Source: Schmidtea nova
Taxonomy: Eukaryota
DNA: 64,000 nt
Assembly (NCBI GenBank): GCA_044892505.1
Contig: CM097882.1
Span: 278,690,001-278,754,000, forward strand
Direction: 5' to 3'
Shown here: piece by piece, positions 34,445 to 48,019 of the stretch
Position numbering within the stretch: position 1 is the first letter of the stretch
Layout: each line of letters starts with the position of its first letter
The notes under the pieces: model-generated
Seen by the model: only the letters and a program-made list of their open reading frames with translations
Told to the model about the DNA's origin: nothing
The model's database searches: none
Translations under genes and position numbers: made by a program

Positions 34445-35639
34445 TATGAATAAATAAAAAGCTATTAATCCATATCAATCATGTCTTCCGACATTCAGTC
34501 TTATTATGAACCATTCTAACTTTGGAAAACATAATTTTAGATTTCGGCCGAACAATCACAAATATGTTAAATGTTATTGTAACGGTTGATACAAAAAGAT
34601 AATATAACAAGAATTGTACCAAGCAAATTTAAACATTTGCCTATTTGATATTTATTTAAAAGTTAATATGAAAAAATTTGTATGAATATATATGTTTATA
34701 GATGATGCCTAAAACTGCTAAGCAAATTTCATCAAAAGTCTTTTGTCTTTTATTGACATTGTTTCTCATGGGAGCGACAATGCATCTAGTTGGTGACTCT
34801 ATTAATCACCGATTAGCACTATTTGGATATCAGCATCATTTGTCCCTTGAAGATAACGAATTAATGAAAAATCTTAAGCCACCAGAAATGGTTAGAATTT
34901 ATAAGAGTTATTTGTTAGATAAAATATACAAATATAAAATAATAATAATATAAAATTTGTATTTTGTAGCAGTAAAACGGTTTTAAAATAAAATTATGTA
35001 ATTTAAAATTGTAAGCATTTTCCGCAATGTTTATTTGTTGAAATATTTTACCTGGAAAAGGTCTCGATTACTCAAATACGAAATTCCCTCTAATAGACTT
35101 TTAAATTCTTTCTGTTTTGCATTATTCCACAATTCATTTAACTATAAAAATTTAAACAAATTAAAATTTTTCATTAAAAATATTTTTAAATCTAATTTTA
35201 ATTTTGATATTTAAGCACATTTTATTTCAATCGATATTTCAGCCTTGCTTTGACTTTTGTAAAAGTATAAAACTTTTTTTTGTCGGAGCGAACTAGTTTT
35301 AATATTGTTGGGTTATTTTATTTAACTACTAGATCGGTCCAACATCTGATTGTACTTTTATTTATATGAAATCAATAATACCCAACACAGAGCAATTTGT
35401 TAAACTGATGCCACAAGTTACAATTTGTCATTAATTTGCACTTTCTATTCAATAACAAATTTTGTTAAACGCAAGGCAGGTAACCCAAGGGACAATCACC
35501 TTTCTAGTACGTTTAATTTGTATAAGATTTTAATTCAATGATTTCCTGTCTAACCTCTTTTGGTCGCTTAAAATTTTTTTCAATTAGATCTTTAACTTTT
35601 CTTCGGCAAACATGCGGCTCATCTATTTATAATTGAGAG

Positions 35640-35960
35640 AATAATTGAGATAATTAAGGAAATATTTTTGGGAATTAATTGGGACAATAACAATTAAATT
35701 GTCCCATTTTTCATGGCGCCTGGGTTGGTTTATCATTAATTATTTGCGCAATTAATCTCTCAGCTCTCAAATGCGCTTCGGGTTTTCCTCATCGCTTGGC
35801 TTCCCATTGAGAGGTTAATTAATTTTAATTAATTTGTTATTTCGTAATAATTTTTCCTACAAAAATTTTACTAAGTTTTTATTACTATTTATTTTTGCGC
35901 TTGTCTTATAATTTGGCGTTCAACCATTCCCATTTACCCGATCAATATGAATTTTTGATA
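35640..35960 (-). repeat. Dispersed repeat (possibly LTR-derived), homologous to ~56400-56860 (+) and ~59000-59400 (-)
   Basis: Shared AAATGGG(T/A)ATGGTTGAA(T/C)GCCAAAT and repeated AAACCCGAG-like motifs. Confidence 0.55.
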
Positions 35961-36104
35961 AGTTTTCATTAATTTTTGCACTTTTATTATTTTGATATTT
36001 TTTTTATATTAACAATATTTATTGTGCTTTCGTTTTGCTTATATGGCTTTAATACTAACCCTGACAATATATAATGATGTAATTCAAAATGATAAACCTT
36101 TTTG

Positions 36105-36183
<79 letters not shown>

Positions 36184-36184
<1 letters not shown>

Positions 36185-37327
36185 CTAATTCTGTTTTTAC
36201 ACGAATTTGATTTAACACGAATTAAAAATAATATTTTTTCTCTTTTTACACGAATTGCTTTGTTTTAACACGATTTTCAATATTCTATGAATTTTTTTTG
36301 ATGTTCTATTAATTTTTTTAGTTTCATTTTTCACAAATTATGTATACACACATTTTAACTTCGCATTATATTCTTCAGAATTCAGTTAGATTATGTCGAT
36401 TATATGCGAATGTTTTCTCTTTGGGTGGGATTCCCCGAAATATACATAAAGTAAAAACGTAATGTACTTTGTATGCAATTTAGTTTGGTTTTGAGAATTA
36501 AAAAGAAAATACGTTTAGTTGTTGTGAATGTTTAACAAGTTATAAGTAAAATAAGATTAGGGTTAGGGCTAGGGTTAGTTGATAAAAGCTTGAGGGAAAA
36601 TGAAATTATAGACCTCACCTTTGAGACTCATCATGACAAGGAACATGCGATAATGACGAAGAGGATCCTCTTGTTTTAAATGCAACTCTAATTAAAGAAG
36701 GTCTTGATCTTGCCAGGAAATTAGGTAATCATTTTGAACAACATGATCCTGATGAGGAACGAGCTAAAGAATTTCAACGTGAACTGAAATCAATAATGGC
36801 ATCTTACAGAGAACTTTATAATGGTTTACCACGATACCAAACACAATCTTTAATAACTGATTTCGTTCTAAATATTTCTGAATTATCAACACAGGAGACT
36901 AGTGATAATAATACAAAAATAATTTCCCAAGACGATGAACAAAATAATTCGAGTGATAGCAGTGATATTACAGTCTTACGCAAACGTATACGTGTGTCAG
37001 AAAATGACAATGAATAAAAATTTGTTATGTTTATATTATTTTTACTTTTTTTATATTAATGAATTTCTGATATTATTTTCTTTTTTCCAAATCATAATTT
37101 CTTTTTTTTATAATATATTTAATGAATTAAAATGTGTAAGCACGAAAAATAAATTCTTTTGTGAACTCTAACAAGGATTTTTTTATAATTATTATTATAC
37201 TTTTGTTTGTTTATTGTACGTTTGTTGCTTTTTTAGGTATGGAACCAATCTACTATTTTTCCATTCAGCCAATATCTTTTTTTACACGAATTTTTTAGGA
37301 ACGTATCTATCGTGTAAAAACAGAATT

Positions 37328-37330
<3 letters not shown>
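36184..37330 (+). mobile_element. Tigger-like internal-deletion derivative flanked by (TA)n
   Basis: TIR CCTAATTCTGTTTTTACACGA at both ends; transposase C-terminal relic HDPDEERAKEFQRELKSIMASYRELY. Confidence 0.85.
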
Positions 37331-37413
<83 letters not shown>

Positions 37414-38424
37414 TGAAATGACAAAAATAAATCTAAGCGAATAGCATGTTTTGTGGGTTTTATTTTGAAAGTACCTTTATTACCAGAGCCGGATTAATCC
37501 ACTTTGGAGGCCCTAGGTATTTTCTTCTTACCGGGCCCCTACCTCTCCCACAAGAAATAGAAAACATAAAACAATATAAAATAATTGATAAAACAAAACT
37601 AAATAATGTAAAAAACTAAAAAAAAGTATTTTAAGTTTTTTTAATAAAAATTTTAGATTAATTTAAATTGCAACAATTTCTCATCCAAATCTTCAGTATC
37701 AATATCACCACTGTGTCATTTTTATAGCAATGCGGTATTAATTGATACGTCCTCATTGTTGCCATCATCTGTATTTATATGAAGAATTTTAAACATTTCA
37801 TCAGTATCTTTGTAACTTGTGCTTCTAACATTTAATTCAAGATATATTTTATCACAAATTACGTAGAAACAATTTCTTTTAAATAGTTCTCAATGAAAAC
37901 ATAATACATTTCCTTTAGTTTTTAGATATTAACAATAACCTTATAAAAAGTAATATGCTTTTGTTTATTTGTTTTTTATATACAGTTGTCCAACAGAAAA
38001 GTAAGCTATCTTATTTACAAATATTTTCGAAATTAGACAGTTTGACCTGGTCCTAGACATTTGTCTATGATGCAACCTTCTAATCATTTAAAATTTTTAC
38101 ATTTAAAAATATTGTGCAAAATCAATACAGATGATTCGTTAGGCAAAAGTATTATTGAAACCATAACTTTTCATATTTTTTTCATTTGGAAAAAACTATT
38201 TGTTGAAAGGTTTTCTTGATTTTTCATGTTTCCTAAAAGAAAATTTCTTATGGAAAAATTACTGGATAATATGAATTTTACAGCAAAACACTGTCATGTC
38301 GATCTTAGATATCCATAGTTTAATGTTATACTACTGAAATGGGTAAATCAGTTTACAATTCAACAGCATTACTTCACTTGATTAAATTCTTCATAAATAA
38401 ATACGAAGGCATAGAGTCCCACAT

Positions 38425-39190
38425 GTGGCCCGCCTTGAAAATTTTCCTGGCCCGCGAGATTCATCACACTTTTACAAAATATATTTATTTTATAATGCTC
38501 GGGGTAATTTAAACATTCTTATTATATCAATAAACAAACATTTTTATTGTATTGTCGGTAATATGAAGTATGACTGCAAAGAAAAGAAGAATAGTAGACA
38601 AACAGTATCATCATCATTATTATATTATCTATGTTTACATGTAAGAATAATAGTAAACACAATAATAATAACTCATTATGTTTTAATTTTCTCTCCAAAA
38701 AATGTTTACAGTGTATATAAATCTAATCTGGGGATATATAATTTTATGTGGCTGGCGGAGTTATGATGCATTTCCAAAGTAGCCCACAAGATCATTTGGG
38801 TTGGCCGCTCTGGCATAGACATTACGTTTAGAAATTAATGATTCTCTTGATTTTTTTTAGTGTAAAACATTTTAAATTTCAAAGATTTATTAATACTCAA
38901 AATTGCTCATAAGAGCACCGATCTCAAAAATTGTAAACTTTAATAAATATATAATTTTATAAATATATAATTTTATAAATATATAATTTTATATGTGGCC
39001 GGCGGAGTTATGATGCATTTCCAAAGTGGACCACAAGATCATTTGGGTTGGCCGCCCTGGCATAGACATTATTTTTAGAAATTAATGATTCTCTTGATTT
39101 TTTTAGTGTAAAACATTTTAAATTTCAAAGATTTATTAATACTCAAAATTGCTCATAAGAGCACCGATCTCAAAAATTGTAAACTTTAAT
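38425..39190. repeat. hAT-type MITE remnant with a ~250-bp tandem duplication of its end
   Basis: GGGTTGGCCGC(T/C)CTG followed by GCATAGAC at both 38812 and 39059; GGCCCGCG subterminal motifs at ~38425-38460. Confidence 0.6.
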
Positions 39191-39231
39191 AAAATAGAAC
39201 ACCATATATAATATAAATCGATATACACACC

Positions 39232-39798
39232 CAGAGCCGGATTTACCCTTGAGGCGGCCAAAGGCTAAAAATCTTATGGGGTCCTTTTATAATTTTTTTA
39301 AACAAAAAGGTTAATTTGTTTCCTGCTTTTATATAGTTAAAATAATAATTTAATTTCCAAAATAATATTACATTTATTCATTTATAAATGATATGAACAT
39401 GAAGTATAATTCATAAATAAAAAACATTAATTTAGAAACGTTTTCTTCTAGATTTTTTCTCTGCAAAATCTTCAACAATAAAATCAAAATCCATTTCGCA
39501 GAGAAGTTCAGATTCTATAGCTATTAATGATAAGGTATTAAGTCGGTCTTGCCCAGTGCAGCTTCTTATATGATTTTTAACACGAGATAATGTTGAAAAT
39601 GATCTTGTGCTTTCGTGAAATTTTTACTTTAGAATAATATTATATTAAATATAATCAGTAATATAATTAAATAATATAATTAAGTAATATAATTAAATTC
39701 TTTACTTATATTACATACATATAATAATCTGCAAATAATTAAAAGATGTTGGGGCCCTAGGCTTCAGCCTTGTCAGCCTAAAGGTAAATCTAGGCCTG
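39232..39798 (-). mobile_element. 567-bp non-autonomous hAT element carrying the transposase dimerisation-domain tail
   Basis: TIRs CAGAGCCGGATTTAC / GTAAATCTAGGCCTG; 8-bp TSD TACACACC (39224-39231, 39799-39806); minus-strand RSFSTLSRVKNHIRSCTGQDRLNTLSLIAIE. Confidence 0.92.
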
Positions 39799-41849
39799 TA
39801 CACACCATAATAAATAAAGAAATGCTAAAATTTAAAGTTCAAAAACAGAATTTCAAGTATATGAACAATCATCAGTATCTTAAGAATAGACTCATACGTT
39901 CAAGTTATAAATATTGGAAATATAATTGTCTTTTATGAATTACCATAAATTTTATTTTTAATCAACACCAAATTTTTATTTCAATGTTATCTGAAAATCG
40001 ATTTTACTCTTCCACAAAATGTCTAATTTCTTTTACTGCATCAAGTATTTCTATTCAAACTGCCATTTTGGAAAATGTTATATTTCAAAGCCAATTGAAA
40101 GAAAATATCTCTAACCTGCAACTCATTTGCCGGCAAATGTAATATATCAAATCAAAAGCCCGTGATTTTCTCTAATATCTGTTTTCCTTATATCGCGATG
40201 AAATTTTATAAGTTTCACGTAATTTGGAATCAATAAAAGGAAAAACTTTAAAAACAAATATATAATCAAGTAATCATAACAGTTATTTTAATTTCAACAA
40301 TAATATTTTTTGCAATATTAAAAAACAACATATTTTTCAATAAACAATAATAATTTTGCCAGTTTTTTTCATATTCTAAAAATAAATAAGCATTTTTTAT
40401 TATGTCTTTAAAAAGTAATCACAAGTTTTTATTATTAAAGTTTAACTTTTCCGAAAATCGTTTGTATCGCTTCATACATTTTTTTCAAATAATGACTTTA
40501 ATTATTCTATTTGGTGATGTATAGGTCGTTACGTTTTTTTGTTTCTACGGCTTCTGTAACCTCGACATCTTGACAACTCTTAATGACGACCTCACTCGTG
40601 TACCCATAGTTACTCTTTGATAATTACTTTTGTTAATGTACTCAGTGGTATGATAACCAACGAACAGGCGAGCTAAGTTACCAAAACTAATCCTCACTAC
40701 TTTCTTCTTTTGGATTCCTGGCCGACAATAGAAGGTCTTACACATACGTTTGCTTTACTTTTCCATAGCATATTCAATTTGTCTATTATTCTTTCCTCAA
40801 ATATTGCATATAGTTTTCTAGCATGTACAGTGTACTCTCATTTTTATGCGTTTACACCCATATTCCTTTCAAATATTTGCACAGCAATCCGCTCTTATTT
40901 TTTAAATGTTTTTTCTGTTAAATTATTTGTTCCGAAAATTTGTGCCTTATTTTCGGGCTTGCTTTATAGAATTCATATTTTTTATTACTTTGAAAATTTT
41001 CCGCAGGGATCTATCAATATTTTCTGGCTAAAATTCCCTGGAAATCAATTTGATATTTTTTCTTGTTCTCCACCTTTATTAAATCTTTAAAATTATTTTT
41101 ACTAAACCTTTTATGATATATGAACTAGATCAGGATAAAAATCATTATCAAAGTCCCTTTTATCCAAACCCGAAAGAATTTGACGCAACTAAGCAAAATC
41201 CATCTCCTTAATAGAAGTAAAGGCGCCGTACGATTTAGTAACATACGGCATACAGCAGTGCCCATGCCATGATATTTACAGAAAATGGAATCTACCCTTA
41301 ACTCTTTCAAATCACTCAAGAATCTACCACTAACTGATTTTAATGATTTTATTATTCTTGTAATGAGGTTGACCTCTAGCTACAACCGAGTCCGAGCCAT
41401 GTCACCAATCAGAACAAGAATCTCTACCGGCCTTTTCAGGTCACCGGAGTTCCTAATCCTTAGCGATTTTAAATGAATAATACAAAAATAATGAAAATAA
41501 AACAGCTTTAAAATATTTATTTCAAAAATTAACTTTTAATTATGAATTACAACAGAAATAAAAAGGTACTTGTCCTTTCTGAAAAGCAATACAATAAATA
41601 AAAATTTTCGCGGAATTCTGCCTATAAAACTCGGATGTTGACAACGAAGTTAAATTAATGATCTCAGCATCATATTTATACTAAATTTTAAATAATACCC
41701 ACCTACTCCACTGTCAGGTTTCACGTGAGGCGTACGGAATTTTTGATGTTGTAGTTAATCTTTGTTGCCGCGTAATCGGAGTTTAGTACCAGATACGATT
41801 TCAGCTGGTGATGGTGAATTATATGAGTTGAAGCTGCTGCGTAGACCTA

Positions 41850-42590
41850 GTAATACTGTCGGAAGATCATAAGCCCATGTTTTTTGGCATCTTCAGCATG
41901 AGCGTTGAGCGATTTCTTAACACTTCTGTGCCTCTTTTCATCCTTTCCTTTGCATTGTGGATGATACACTTCTTATGCGTTTCTTCTATGTTAAATATTA
42001 AGACATCATCTACATAAGCGACACAAAATGATTGTAAGTCTTTGAGGATGCTGTCAATGTGTCCCTAGAATATTTGAGTTGCATTTCGTATACCAAATGA
42101 CATTGTATTATATTGTAATAAACCAAATGGAGTTATTAATGGTGTTTTGTGCCTACTTCCTTACGCAGTATTTGGTGATAGGTCTTTATCATGTCTAATT
42201 TTGCGAAGTATTTGCTTGTAATTACGATTATACTATATCCTCGGAAGAGAGTATTTGTCTGGAACTGTAACATGATTGAGAAGTCTATAGTCGCCACATG
42301 GTATACATGTGCCATCTTGTTTTTCTACGACAAATAATGGTGAAGATTGACTGCTGTTACTGATTTGAATGACTTGATAGAATTTCTTTCAGTAGTTGAT
42401 CGAATTCTTCTTTGGTTGCTCCTAATCTTTTTCCGAAAAGCTTTGTGGTAACCTTGTGCAAATTCCGAGGTTGTAAAATTGGAAATTTTTCTGTTTTTGA
42501 CTTGTAGATCACAGTGAGCCAGTGAATCTGCTTCTACGATTGATCTGTTGATATCTGCTTCTTCAAATGTCCATTTGAATGTATTCTAAA
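41850..42590 (-). pseudogene. Decayed Ty3/gypsy reverse transcriptase
   Basis: Minus-strand GDYRLLN..TVPDKYSLP, ITPFGLLQYNTMSFGIRNA and FCVAYVDDVLIF, with stops and frameshifts. Confidence 0.85.
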
Positions 42591-43241
42591 AACATTTAAC
42601 TTATATTTCAAATTTAACTTATATTTCTCTGTCAATATAATACTCAATAACAGTGCTGTTGTACTGACTGATGTCCGATTTCCATTCTACGAAATATTGG
42701 GTTAAAATTTCTAAAACTTCTTAACTTCTTGTATTTTCGACTGAAGAATCTAATCCTTAGATTTTTCAGTCGAAAATACAAGAAGTTAACAAGAGTTAGA
42801 AATTTAAATCCAATTAGATTCTAAGGCATTTCTGATACCTTTATTAGTACATTAAAATCAGTTATAATTTGAAAGGTTATTATATGCAATTGAATTTATT
42901 AAAAAAATAAGATTTGTTTTAAATTTAATAAAATTTGGAATTAATTACCGAAATTCATTAATTTCGTAAATAAATCTAACAATATTGAATTAAAAATACA
43001 ATCTATGCATGGAGCGTTAGAAGATGGTGCTCGAAGTAAATGCTCGAAGTAATTAACACCTTTTATACGAACTCCTTGTGTCCGATATTAATATTGTCAT
43101 TAGTTGTATGAAATAAGAATATATGAAAATGAAAGAAAATATGAACAATTATATAAGAAAAATTGATTTTAAATTCATCAGAGAATTATATATTTTAATT
43201 GATATTTATAGAAACATCTATCATTTTTGACATCTATCATT

Positions 43242-43282
<41 letters not shown>

Positions 43283-44535
43283 ATAATAATAATAATAATA
43301 GTAAATAAAAAAAGTTTCAATTAAAAATAATTATGTTTATATTATTATCATTTATAATAACTTTAGTTAATAAGAGTTGTCCAAACTGATCTTTTTTACT
43401 TTATAACATTGATTATGATATATAAATTGTCTTTTAACTTTTTCTTTATTTAAATAGTTTTTTACGAACAAACTTCCGGTAGTTACAAAGTTAAATGAAA
43501 AATTATTGATTTTTCTAAAATTCCTAAATATTCTTTAAATTTTCAATTAGAATATATTATTGACATTTTTCATTTAATTGTTATATTATTTTTTTTCAGA
43601 TAAAAATTTTTGAATTATTATACTTTTATGATGAAGTTCTCGGGCATTATCTATGGTAAAGGTTTTTTTTATTGAATACAAATTGACATTGGGCTAATCT
43701 ATCAAGGTATTTGCCGCTTTTTGTCTACTATCTGATTTATTTCAATTCATCATTTACCAAATTATCGCTGAAACGAGCCTCTCGATATTATTACTTATTA
43801 GTCATTCTAAGTGGATTATATAATTGGTAATTTCTTTCCCAATTATTTTTTTAGTTTTGAAAAATGATTATATATAATCAGAAATGTTCAATATTTATTA
43901 TTTGTGTATAAATTCACCCGCTTAATAAAATGACTAGCAGACGATAGATGCATTAATTAGTTAGGAATTTTCCATTGAGAAAGTATAATTGAAGTAACGA
44001 TAAAGTTTTTAAAAAGATCTATTTTTATATAATCATTTGAAATAAGATTTTGGTGTTTTAAAGGAATTCTTAAATGAAAAATTATTTATAAATAGTAAAT
44101 ATTGTTGGGTTTCAGGTGAATAAAAGATAATTAGAATATATAACCTTAAGTTAAGAAGTGTTACCCAGCAATATACAAAGTGCTTTATTTAAATTAATGA
44201 TAATAAAAATTAATAATAATATCTATAAAACATATATTTTGGGCCCTATCCATATATGAACAATAAAATAAATACAATAAAAATATCACTATAATAATAG
44301 TTAATTAGCAAGATTTTGAATTTTTATTACAAAATGATCCCAGNNNNNNNNNNNNNNNNNNNNNNNNNNNNNNNNNNNNNNNNNNNNNNNNNNNNNNNNN
44401 NNNNNNNNNNNNNNNNNNNNNNNNNNNNNNNNNNNNNNNNNNNNNNNNNNNNNNNNNNNNNNNNNNNNNNNNNNNNNNNNNNNNNNNNNNNNNNNNNNNN
44501 NNNNNNNNNNNNNNNNNNNNNNNNNNNNNNNNNNN

Positions 44536-44727
44536 ATGACTATAGATCAAAATTTTTTTATAAACAATAACACAATATTTCGGTACAGCCTTTATCAAGT
44601 GTGTATTTCAGAAATACACACTTGATAAAGGCTGTGCCGAAATATTGTGTTATTGTTTATAAAAAAAAATTTTGATCTATAGTCATTATGAGAATTATTG
44701 ATAATAATAATAAAAAAAGATCAAAGG
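44536..44727. repeat. Foldback palindromic element, copy 1 (centre 44610, flanked by gaps)
   Basis: At least 74-bp near-perfect inverted arms around a 1-nt centre. Confidence 0.9.
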
Positions 44728-46830
44728 TNNNNNNNNNNNNNNNNNNNNNNNNNNNNNNNNNNNNNNNNNNNNNNNNNNNNNNNNNNNNNNNNNNNNNNNN
44801 NNNNNNNNNNNNNNNNNNNNNNNNNNNNNNNNNNNNNNNNNNNNNNNNNNNNNNNNNNNNNNNNNNNNNNNNNNNNNNNNNNNNNNNNNNNNNNNNNNNN
44901 NNNNNNNNNNNNNNNNNNNNNNNNNNNNNNNNNNNNNNNNNNNNNNNNNNNNNNNNNNNNNNNNNNNNNNNNNNNNNNNNNNNNNNNNNNNNNNNNNNNN
45001 NNNNNNNNNNNNNNNNNNNNNNNNNNNNNNNNNTCAATTATTTTAATTTATAAATTTGTTTAAATTTTTCACATTCATAAGAATGTTATCACACAATTAC
45101 ATTTCCTAAAACATAAGTAAATTGTAACATAGCGTATGTAAATAATTACGTTATTAGGTTTTTACATGTAAAATTGATAAGAAAATTTTCAAACTATTAA
45201 TTTTACAATAATTCAAACGTAAAATTAAAAATGAACGTTCTGTAATATTTCTAATTAATCATAATTCAATTTAATATCTAAGTGAAATGAATCCACTTAT
45301 AAAGGTTTCCTTTACTAATTAATTTAATTGATATCATTTTTATAATTTAAATGAAATATGAATTTTTAATAATTAATTATTAAAATTAAAAATAATTTTA
45401 CCAAGAAGATCAACTTATAATTAAAAAAAAATATGCCAATTTTTTTTATTTTCTCGTCAATCTGGAGGCTTCTGTCGATTTATCTGATTTAGAAATTGAC
45501 AGAATTGAAATTTATTCAAAAAATGAAGATTTATTTTCCGTAAAAAATACCTAAATTTTATCATCATATTGACCAATGAGTTTCTTATGTAGAAATAAAT
45601 TCTGATTAATCATGGTAAAATAATGATTACAAATAAGTCAAATTTGAGCATAACCAGGCAGTCTAGGAGACTTGTAATAATGAAATATTTACATGATAAT
45701 ATGCAGATTTCGTACATTTTATGAAATTTTGATTAATTACCTTAATTTTTTATCAAAACTTTTTAATATTATTATTTTGAATTTATATTACAAAGTTCAG
45801 ATTAAACCATTTGAAATATTTTTACGCTATTTTATTATTCTTATTTGCATTATCTAGCATATTTGGATTATTTTGTTTTTATTCTTTTATGACTTATCAT
45901 TGACAAACAATTTAAATTATTTTAAATTCCTTAATATGATTATTGAACGATTGGGAGAAATTGAATGACGAAGAAAATTCAATTGTGTTTAGTATTCGAG
46001 ACACACACACACACATTAGTGAAACACAGTCAGAACCACGGGACTAGAAGTTAACACGGATATCAAAAACATCCAGATCTATTCACACTCGTCAAACCTA
46101 TAAATGAAATTTCAAATATATTTTCTATTCAACTTAAAACTTTTACGTGAGCGTAAAATTGAGTTGGTAAATGGTGTAAATTAAAAAAAGTTTTTTCATT
46201 TTATATTTTAAATTCCTTAATATGATTATTGAACGATTGGGAGAAATTGAATGACGAAGAAAATCTTAAGTAATTCCTTATAAATAATAATAATCAATAA
46301 AATAAAGATAATGTCAAATGCAAATTGCGATTGTATATTTGTTATGAAGTAATTTAATTTAAATAATAATTAATTTCAAATTTAATTAATATATTATTAA
46401 TTATACGTGATGCGTTCAATAAATAATCAAACTACCCCATAAAAATAATATTACTTTAACAATATTCTAATGAATTCATAATATATTATATATGGATTTT
46501 GTATGAAATTTATTTGAATTGTAAGGATATTTTATCGTTTTAAAATTTATGATAATTTTAAATAAAATTTTATATTACATTTTTAAAAGTTATAAATAAT
46601 TGGTTTAAAATCAATCAATCAATTTATTTGATTTATATTGGAATGTTTGACTGAAATGCATCTGATGATAAGAAAAACTTTCTAAAAATATATCGTGCGG
46701 AATATAATTACGAATTGGTGTTTGCTTTCAGTAATGTAATGATTATTAAAAAAACAATGTTGTTTAAATAATCAACAAGAAGGAGTTGTTTTTAAAAATA
46801 AATATTAAGTTGTTCAATTGTTTATTCTTG

Positions 46831-47804
46831 ATGTCTGATATTAAGATAGTTACTGGCGACCACGCCGAAATTAACGCAGTTAAAACACTTAGCCAAGATA
46901 AGAAATCTGCAAGAGATGTTTTACCAAAGAAGGCTCAAGAAATCTTAGACTTTGAAATTCGTAGATACGATGGAAGATGCGCTAAGGAAGCAGAAAAAAG
47001 GATTAAAGCGATCGATGAGTGGATTATAAGAAATGATCTAAAACGGACGGAAGCTTTTGATTTGTTGTTATCGGAAGAAGCGTCAATCTTGTGGAAGAAT
47101 TTCAAAACCGAAGACACATCAGAGGATGATGCTAGAGAATGGTTTATAGAAATATTCACTATAAAAAAGTCAATATTAGATAAAATCAAGGATCTTGCAA
47201 CTATCAGACAAGATGACAACGAACGTTTTGCGACTTTCGAGGATTGTCAAAGGAAGAAATCGTAAGTGAGATTATAATGCACAGAGTGAGAGATAAAAGA
47301 TTAAAAGAGGTACTTACGACAAAACCTAAGATGGATCACAAAGAGAGAAATGATTTAGCAAAAATTTATGAGAAAACAGAGGACAGATCTGAAGAAATTT
47401 TGGCAGTGAAACCAATGTCATATGCGGAAAAATTCAAAGAGGGTCTAAGGAATCGAGAGGAATTGGAGAGAGGAAAGCAAAGACCATATATACGGAAAGA
47501 ACCCAGAAGTTTCGAAAACAAAGTGGAATACGGAAGATATGAACAACCAGAGTCCCAAAGATGGAAAGGACAGCAGACGGGCGAAAAGAAGATGCCAACT
47601 GTATCTCTGAAACATATAGCCAAACGGTTATACAACAGACATATGGGGTTACCAGAACCAAGGCCATGCGAACTCAAATCAGGTCAATGTTTTTGTTGCG
47701 GAGAAGAAGGACATAGGCGTTGTGAATGCCCTTTAAAGGATAAATGTTTGATTTGCGGGAAGAACGGACACAATTTTAGAAATTGTAACCTTCTGAATGG
47801 ATGA
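46831..47804 (+). pseudogene. gag: Gag with two CCHC zinc knuckles; frame break near 47240
   Basis: CFCCGEEGHRRCEC and CLICGKNGHNFRNC; ORFs 46786..47265 and 47244..47804 are in different frames. Confidence 0.85.
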
Positions 47805-48019
47805 CGAGGTTACAACACCAACGTCAAGAAGATATCATGTATACACGAAGAAACGGAAGATCAGCAGATAAATAGTTATGATTTTAGAGACGAATACGGA
47901 AGTGAGTGTCAACCACATGAAGTAGAAGTAAGAAAAAATGCCAACGATCCCATCGCACACATTTCGTAAATGGGATCGCAGATATAAATGAAGAAAATCG
48001 AAATGACAGGAGAAGAAGC

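Noticed and set aside
29045-34558. ~100-bp dispersed repeat at ~29045-29142 and ~34464-34558
   Set aside because: A real repeat, but with no ends, TSD or structure to interpret; probably a TE fragment.
36557-36578. TTAGGG-like telomeric repeats
   Set aside because: Only about three imperfect units inside a Tigger derivative; too short to indicate a telomere relic.
35987-37444. IYIYIY-type ORFs (also 2084-2290, 30681-30950)
   Set aside because: Translations of (TA)n microsatellites.
37484-37545. hAT-type left end CAGAGCCGGATTAATCC
   Set aside because: No matching right TIR or TTTATTAC TSD was found, so no element could be delimited.
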